Below are positions 55,451 to 64,000 of a DNA stretch of 64,000 bases, one piece after another (positions within the stretch are counted from its first letter, which is position 1; every line of letters starts with the position of its first letter). The notes under the pieces are model-generated. The model was not told the origin of the DNA. It was given only the letters and a program-made list of their open reading frames with translations, and made no database searches. The stretch lies in NCBI RefSeq assembly GCF_009914755.1, contig NC_060938.1; one strand, written 5' to 3'. A program made the position numbers and the translations under genes. This DNA comes from the human T2T-CHM13v2.0 reference genome, Homo sapiens.

Positions 55451-57349
55451 GGCAATAATTATTGTTTCTCTTTCCTTCCCTGGAAATGCATCACTATCAT
55501 GTGTACCACTAAGAAATAAAAAGCTGCCAATAAAAAATTACATCACACCAGCAATTGTTAGGCATATCCTGATTTCGAAGATATTAGAGGTGAAAAAAAA
55601 AATGTGAGTCTGAGAAGAGAAGAAGCAAAGTCTTTGGGGACTATGAGACCTCACCAGCATTCTGAAACCAGGACATGGGTAAGCACCAACCTTGCTTTCC
55701 CAGCCAACATGGGGTGCTTTAATCTGACACTAAAATTAACAACATGTTTTCAGTAGAAGAAAAAATCTAAAGTGTTAGGCTTAATTTTTAAAGTCCAAAT
55801 CTCATATTTTGAGGGTAAAACTTTATCACAGTTGCAAATTTCAATATATTAATAAATCTTCATAAACACTCAATTTCAGTTCTGACCAAATATGGAGTCA
55901 AACCAACTAAGCCAACCAATGCTCACTGAGCACCCACTGTTCTTGCACAGGTATTAAATGAGAGCCCACAGGAACTAAGCTGCTTGCTGCATCACTTAAA
56001 TCCAACTCTTAAGAGTTTAGAAAAGATGCGCATGCTCTAGTATGTTTTTCCACACTGTGTTCTCAAAATACACAATGCTCTACCCAAGGGTCAAATTAAT
56101 TAGCATTATGCTTCCCATGGGTGGAAAAAAAGCCACAAATGAAGCTATGAGTTTCAAGGAACTAATAGAATTAATGACAGAAGAAAGGTCAGCCTTGAAT
56201 TTTATAAAGTGGTATGTTGCTTTTAATACTGCTTATTTTCCGCAGAGGAGAGGGGAGGAATTCCGGGCATATGAATGAAGATGAATAGTGAAGACTTGGA
56301 AGAAATTAATTTTATTGAAAAGTCATTTCTTCCTTTCAAAGCACTGGGTATTTGTGGGTCAGCTCCTCATGTTATTGACTTAAAGAGATAACATTTGCCC
56401 GAGATGATGGTGCAGTTGCTATGGGAACATTTTTTTAACAAGACTAAAAATAATGACTCCTGTGTCTGATTTACTAGGACAAGTCAAGCCTTTCTCCATA
56501 ACTGTCTGAAAGAATTATCTGTCAGTCGTCACAGATTTATTTCAAATTAAGGGGTACATGGTTTAGGCGCTGAAGTGAAATGTTTTTATTTCCGCCTGAC
56601 TCTTCCACTTTTGAATATCATAGCTTTGCAGGGCATGGCAGACACATGCCTAACAGGGAGAAACAGAGCAGAGTTTAATGAGTCACAAAGAGGCATTCTT
56701 TATTTCAGGTGCATCCTGTATTCTCATTGGAATGAGTCCACAAAGCTGCTGGGTCCCCAAACTCTTCATTTGTAATTCCCAGGGCAGTCACACAGACAAG
56801 GCCAAGGTTTTTGTTAGCTAAGCTTCGAAGCAACAGCACTTCATTTGTTAGCGCTTGACTTTGTTCCAGAAAAGATTCCTAGGCTCCTGGCCACTGACTA
56901 TGCACACGTGTGTCTGTGTGTGTCCATCTCTACGCTCCAGTGATGGGAGGATGGAGAAGGGGAGAAGAGAGCTGTTCTACTCGCCAGAGTGTTATATCAT
57001 TTAACTAACAGGTATTAAGCAACTACTGTCTCACACTGGGGTCGCTGGGTTTATTTTAAAAAATTAAAATATAATGATGTTGGGAGGTGGTGGGCGGGGG
57101 GAGCGGGGGTGAGCTAACAACTGAGAGTTCTCAAAGATTTCTTTCCTCCTTCCTTTCCTTTTCCTACTCCCTCCGTCCCTCCTTCTCTCTGGGATTCTGT
57201 ATTTTATTGAGCACATCATCGAGTGTTACCATATGTCAGATACATACAAAGAAAATTTGATGCACATATGAACGAAGCTAACAAGCTGTCCTCAAAGTGT
57301 CAATAGTCTAAAGAGGATGATAAATAAATCAACATATATGGACCTAAAA

Positions 57350-58365
<1,016 letters not shown>

Positions 58366-58405
58366 CTTTTGAAAATTGACATAACAGTAAATGTGATAAG
58401 TCCTA

Positions 58406-58777
<372 letters not shown>

Positions 58778-59449
58778 TCAGGAGAGACTTCCTTGAGAGG
58801 GGATTCCAGTTAGTTATTGAAGGGGTAGTGGGAGAGAGACAGAGAGTGAAAGAAAATGTATTCCAGGCAGAAGATACCACATACAGAGCAAGGGCTTTGT
58901 CGGTCTTGTTCACCACTATTTCTCCAATGCCTAGAACACTGCCTGGCTCACAGTTAATTATCAAAAACTGTTGCGTGAATAACTGAACACACGAATGAGG
59001 GTGTGATGAGTTTTTCTTTCATCATGATTGAGCATAAAGTATATTCAGGAAGAGCCAGGGCCAAGAATGGTAGCAGAAGGTCGGATGCAGATCGGGCACT
59101 CTGAAAGGTCCCCACGGTATAGTAAGGAGAAAGACAGAGCAAACAAACTGGCTGGGGAGGTTACTACAGTGACCTAGGCGAGTACTTTGCCTACAACTTC
59201 AGATACTGAAAGCCCTTCATGGTAAGTTCTATGTCTACAGGAGAGGTATCCAATAAAGATAGAAGTCACATATGCAATGTTAAATTTTCTAGTAGTCACA
59301 TTTAAAAAGGTAAAAAAAAAAAAACTGGTAAATTAATTTAAATAATCAGTAGGTAATAACTGCTAGAAATAAAATAGATTTTATTTAACCCAACATTACC
59401 TAAAATGTCCATGTTTCAACATGTAATCAACATAAAAAGTTATTGATGA

Positions 59450-59710
<261 letters not shown>

Positions 59711-59769
59711 TTCACACTCTTTTGACATCCTTTATTTTTATATTAAGTCTTTGGAACCTGGTTGGCATT

Positions 59770-60048
59770 GGCTGGGTGCAGTGGCTTACACCTATAATCC
59801 TAGCATTTTGGGAGGCCAAGGCGGGAGGATCGCTTGGGCTCAGGAGTTTGAGACCAGCCTGGGCGACATGGCAAAAACCTATCTCTACAAAAAAAAAAAA
59901 AAAATACAAAAATGAGCTGGGCTTGGTGGCTCATGCCTGTAGTCCCAGCTACTTGGGAGGCTGAGGTGGAAGGATCCCTTGAGCCCAGGAGGTCATGGCT
60001 GCAGTGAGCTGTAATCATGCCACTGCACTCCTCCGGCCTTGGTGAAAG
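59770..60048 (+). mobile_element. AluJ lacking its 3' end and poly(A) tail
   Basis: Dimer ends at ggccttggtgaaaga with no tail. Confidence 0.9.
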
Positions 60049-61179
60049 AAGCCGGTTGGCAATGATAGCACATATAATTGGCCACACATCTCATCCAAAA
60101 GGCCACATTTCAAGAGCTACATGTGGTGGCTACCATATTGGACAGTGCCGATGCTTCCCAGTGGCAAGAAGTAATTATTTGAGCTCCTTCTAGACCCTGT
60201 TCAAGTAGCATATCTATTAATTCTTACAACAATAACCACCGCAAACCTATGAACTGTTTTATTACCTACCCTTTCTGACAAGTTAAACAAATTAAACATG
60301 GCTTTCCAGCTAAGCAGCGATGGAGCTGGGATTCAAATTTGGCTCTGGCTGACTGATTTGCACTGTATCAGGCTGCTTTAGCCACTTTGTTATACTGCTC
60401 CCGTGAGAAACCTTGGCCTAAAGTGAGGGGATCATTAGATCACCCTTATAGAAATATCTGAGTCCTCACCAGCTGAGCCCATGCAGCTGATGCGTGTGAA
60501 ATTTCAAAGCTTAAAGCCGTGAGTCCATAAAAGAGAATGTTTTTTCTGAACTTATCAAAATGCTCATTTACCCAGAACCATGATTTCTGATCTGCTGAAC
60601 CAAATTACTGGATTTGAACATCTCAATCTTTAGAAATATGCCTGTTTGCCTTACTCAGTCACTGCTTCTTACCTTAACAACACTGAAGAGCCTGCATCGG
60701 AGTGATTTATAGATAGAAATTTCTCCTACGCAGAGATGGCCCTGACATTTCATGAACAATGAAGCCAGAATGGTAATCAGGTCCAGAAAAGAAAAACTAA
60801 TATAATCAAGAAGATGGAGGACTTTTATAATGAAGAATAGGATTGAAAAAAAATGCAACCCAGGCTGGAGGGATGGAAAATACAACATAAGATCTCGAAG
60901 CCATCACAACTGTGAGTGTACTGAACAGCAGCATTTTAACAACTAATGTAAGACCCATTTCTGCCTGTGGCTCCTGGGTCCTGAGTGTCCCTTGGAGTCA
61001 GTGACCCACCTTTGCAAAATACTGGCCAAAGATTAGAGATATAGTTTGAGACTTAAGAGCTGGGTAATGTATAAGCCTTAAACTCAAGATTCTGGGTTAA
61101 CAAGCCATGGATAGAAAACAAACTAGACCCAGGACAGAAAGCTGAAACAGCGTGGATATTAAGCACATAAACATCTAAC

Positions 61180-61830
61180 ACTATTTATTGATTTCCTCAC
61201 TATCTACTTGATCTCCTTATTTGGATGTCACAGAAACAGTGCAACCTCATTATGTCCCAAACAAAGTTCATTATCTTTCTCCCCAGGCTCTTTCCCATCC
61301 TATTCATCTTGTTTTTCATCTCTGTAAACAATACCACCTGAGATTCATTCTAGATACCTCCCTATCTGATATCCTACCTCCACCACACACACACAGTCCT
61401 GTGGTTCTATCTCCCAAATGCCTTGTGACTGACCCAGCCTTCCTAATTCAGAGCCCTTGAAGACACCTCTTACTGATGCCTCTCCTCTGCCTTCACACTT
61501 ACCCTTTCATCTCCCCAACTCCTGCCTCTGCTTTGCCTCTGCTCATTGTCTAGCACTTGGCTTAGCTGCTGCTTCCTTCTGGAAGCCCGCCCTGATCCTG
61601 ATCCTCCAAGTCTGAGGTTGGCACCCAGGCCATGTGCTCTCATCAAGTACCTCCCCTACAGCAGTTCCTTTCACACTGCATCATCAGTGATAGTTCATTT
61701 GTCTCTAGCCCCTATCAGACCATTAGCTCCAAGTACCTATGCCCGCCATGACTCTCCTGCCCACTCTTACATCCTCCATGCCTGCACACAGTAGCCAATA
61801 AACACTTAAGGAAACAACTGACTAAATGAT
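61180..61830 (+). mobile_element. L2 relic
   Basis: Pyrimidine-rich L2-like 3' region ending gcctgcacacagtagccaataaacactt...tgactaaatga. Confidence 0.6.
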
Positions 61831-63039
61831 TGTGGAGAACACTAAATACCACTTATTCTCATTTTCTCCTGACTCATATCTTTGTCAGTCTCCGTTAAAG
61901 TTTGGCAAATATTTCCAGAACAGCAAATAGTCAATCCAAAAAGACTTCCCTTCCCATATCTAAATGAGAACTCAGTGGGCCAGTGCAGATGCCATCATGA
62001 AACACCAAGAGCTTTGTGTTGGTGCAGTGTGGGACCCACACAAGGGGGTGTGAGCTTACCCAAGCAACAAGTGGTCCTGGAAGCATTAGGTTCAGGCAGC
62101 TGGGTCAGCACCACTCCCTATTATCTTCTTTCCCATCACAGGACATTAAACCTGATCACTTTCACCCCACACCAATTTGAACCAATTCCTCCTTGTGAAG
62201 GGTCAGTGTACACATCTGCTTCTTGGCATTTTGCTCTGTTTGGCTGGGTGTTATGACATTAACTTCAATTACTTCAGGGAGAAAAAAACATTTTCCCTCT
62301 CTGCAGCTTGAAATATCTCATCAAAGAAATGTGGAGAGTATGGAAATTAGATTTGATTGACAGCCAGCTATTTGCTTCCATCACTTCTGCCATTCTGTAG
62401 CTTTCTTTGGATAAAGGAGTTTGGGCTCTTCTGACAGCCCAGTGGGCAACAACCTCATTTTAATAATCCTCTCCCCTCAGGGGAAAAAGTAAAGACGGAA
62501 ACTTCATAATGAAATTACTGTGCCTCAAAGATGTAGTAACTAGATTCTTCCTTTTTGCATTGTTCATGTCCGGGGCTCTGGAAACAAGATACACATTTCA
62601 GGCATGCCTAACACTTATTAATGCTCTATTTTCTGAACTGCCTTGAAGATAGATAAGGCCTTCAGCAGGCTAGGCCAAGAACATCAAGTTTTAGAAATAC
62701 TATTGAAACACACACACACACTCAGTTCAACTCCATTCATCACATAAAATTATGGATCTAATTTCTCAGTTGAAAAAATTAAAAGACCCTTTTATTTTTA
62801 GACTCCCATGTAATCTTTTTTTCCCCCAGTATTATGATAGGATTGGCTGAGGTCGAGGTGATTATCTTCCATTCTCACTTCTCCGTGGCAGGCAAGACGG
62901 AAAAGCCTGGGCAGGATACATGTGGCCTCTGTCTCTCTACTCCACGCTCCCACCCTGAGTCTCTTATCTGAGTGGTGAGATTGGAAAATAAACATGGTGA
63001 CTCAACATTTTGGAGATTTTAAAATTCAGGAAGATTTAT

Positions 63040-63512
63040 CTCTTAGGATGGTTTTGGCTGCAAGTTACAGGTACAAGCCACTGAGGGGGCATAAACTTAC
63101 TTTAGTTTAAGTAACAAGAAGCCCAGAGTCAGGGAGATCTGCCATTGGTGTTGCTGCTCTACAATGTCATAAAGGACCCAGATGCTTTCCTTTTTTCTGT
63201 TCTGCCATCCTCAGCATGTTGACATGCCTCCCCACCTCCAGCCTTAGTGTCCTGAAACAGCAACAGCTAAAGCAAAAAGGAAGGGAATCAAGAGAGGAAG
63301 GTATCTTGTTCCAAGCGTCTCTCTTTCAAAAGAGGAAAAGTCTTATAGAAGTTTCCTGCAGATTTCCTCCTTAATCACATGATCTAGATATCAAGGAAGG
63401 CTGAGAATAACGGTATCAGGCATTTTCAGCCTCTATAGTTGGAGACCAGCTCTGCTGGAAAGGGATAAAAGCAAGGAATAGCTGTAGGGTAGATAACCAC
63501 CAGTGTCTGTCA
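63040..63512 (-). mobile_element. MLT1-like (MaLR) solo LTR
   Basis: ttaggatggttttggctgcaagt...aaggacccagatgctttcc...ctgccatcctcagcatg...gggtagataaccaccagtgtctgtca. Confidence 0.7.
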
Positions 63513-64000
63513 AATGTGTAGCTTCAATTCAGGGCAAAGGTCATTTGACTACATATCAAGCTATACTCTCATTTAACTTCGTTCAATAAGAAAGCCAATA
63601 TTTTTATCTCCTCCTGTCAGATTCTTGCATCTTATTTTTCTATTAGTTCCAAGCTCAGAGCAAAGAAAGGAACATAATTACTTATTACCTCTGAACACTA
63701 ACAATTACTGCCAGGAGCATTGTTGACTGTAGGAAAAGCAACCACCACCCATCTTTGGGCCACAATGTCTTTATCTGAAAAGCAAGGGGGCTGGATGAAA
63801 GCATCTTTAACGCCCTTTCCAGCCCTGACGGTTTATGATCCCATGACTGTGCATTCAAATGCCTCCATGCAGTGAATCAAATCATAAGCACCCTTAAAAA
63901 ATGTTATGAAAGGAAGAAATTTGACTGACATCGACTCGCATTGGCCTTAGGGAATCAAAACTTTGAAGCCAGTGTCAGTTTAATAAAAATATGAACTTAC

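Overview
Human-like (primate) genomic DNA with two convergent genes. On the + strand are exons 2-5 and the 3' UTR of RHOJ (TCL), a Rho-family GTPase; exon 1 lies upstream of the window. On the - strand is the complete three-exon GPHB5 gene (glycoprotein hormone beta-5, the thyrostimulin beta subunit; 130 aa, intact). The remainder is repeat-rich intron and intergenic DNA: about 20 Alus including a young AluYa8-like copy, a ~6.4 kb rearranged L1PB-type LINE, L2/MIR relics, DNA-transposon MITEs (MER5, MER33, MER53, Tigger3a), an LTR33-like LTR, an MLT1-like LTR and a degenerate ERVL/MaLR gag remnant. I cannot support a new gene or multi-gene system here. The most unusual signal is a set of locally templated insertions. 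A ~107 bp stretch matching a site 22.8 kb away replaces the L1 5'UTR/ORF1 junction. A 78 bp ORF1 segment is copied into ORF2 with permuted filler. Two further short snap-back inversions sit in other repeats. There are also testable splicing hypotheses for RHOJ: weak donors, a candidate poison exon, and a stop-free exon 3-4 circle. Repeat subfamily names come from remembered consensus sequences, and repeat boundaries are approximate.
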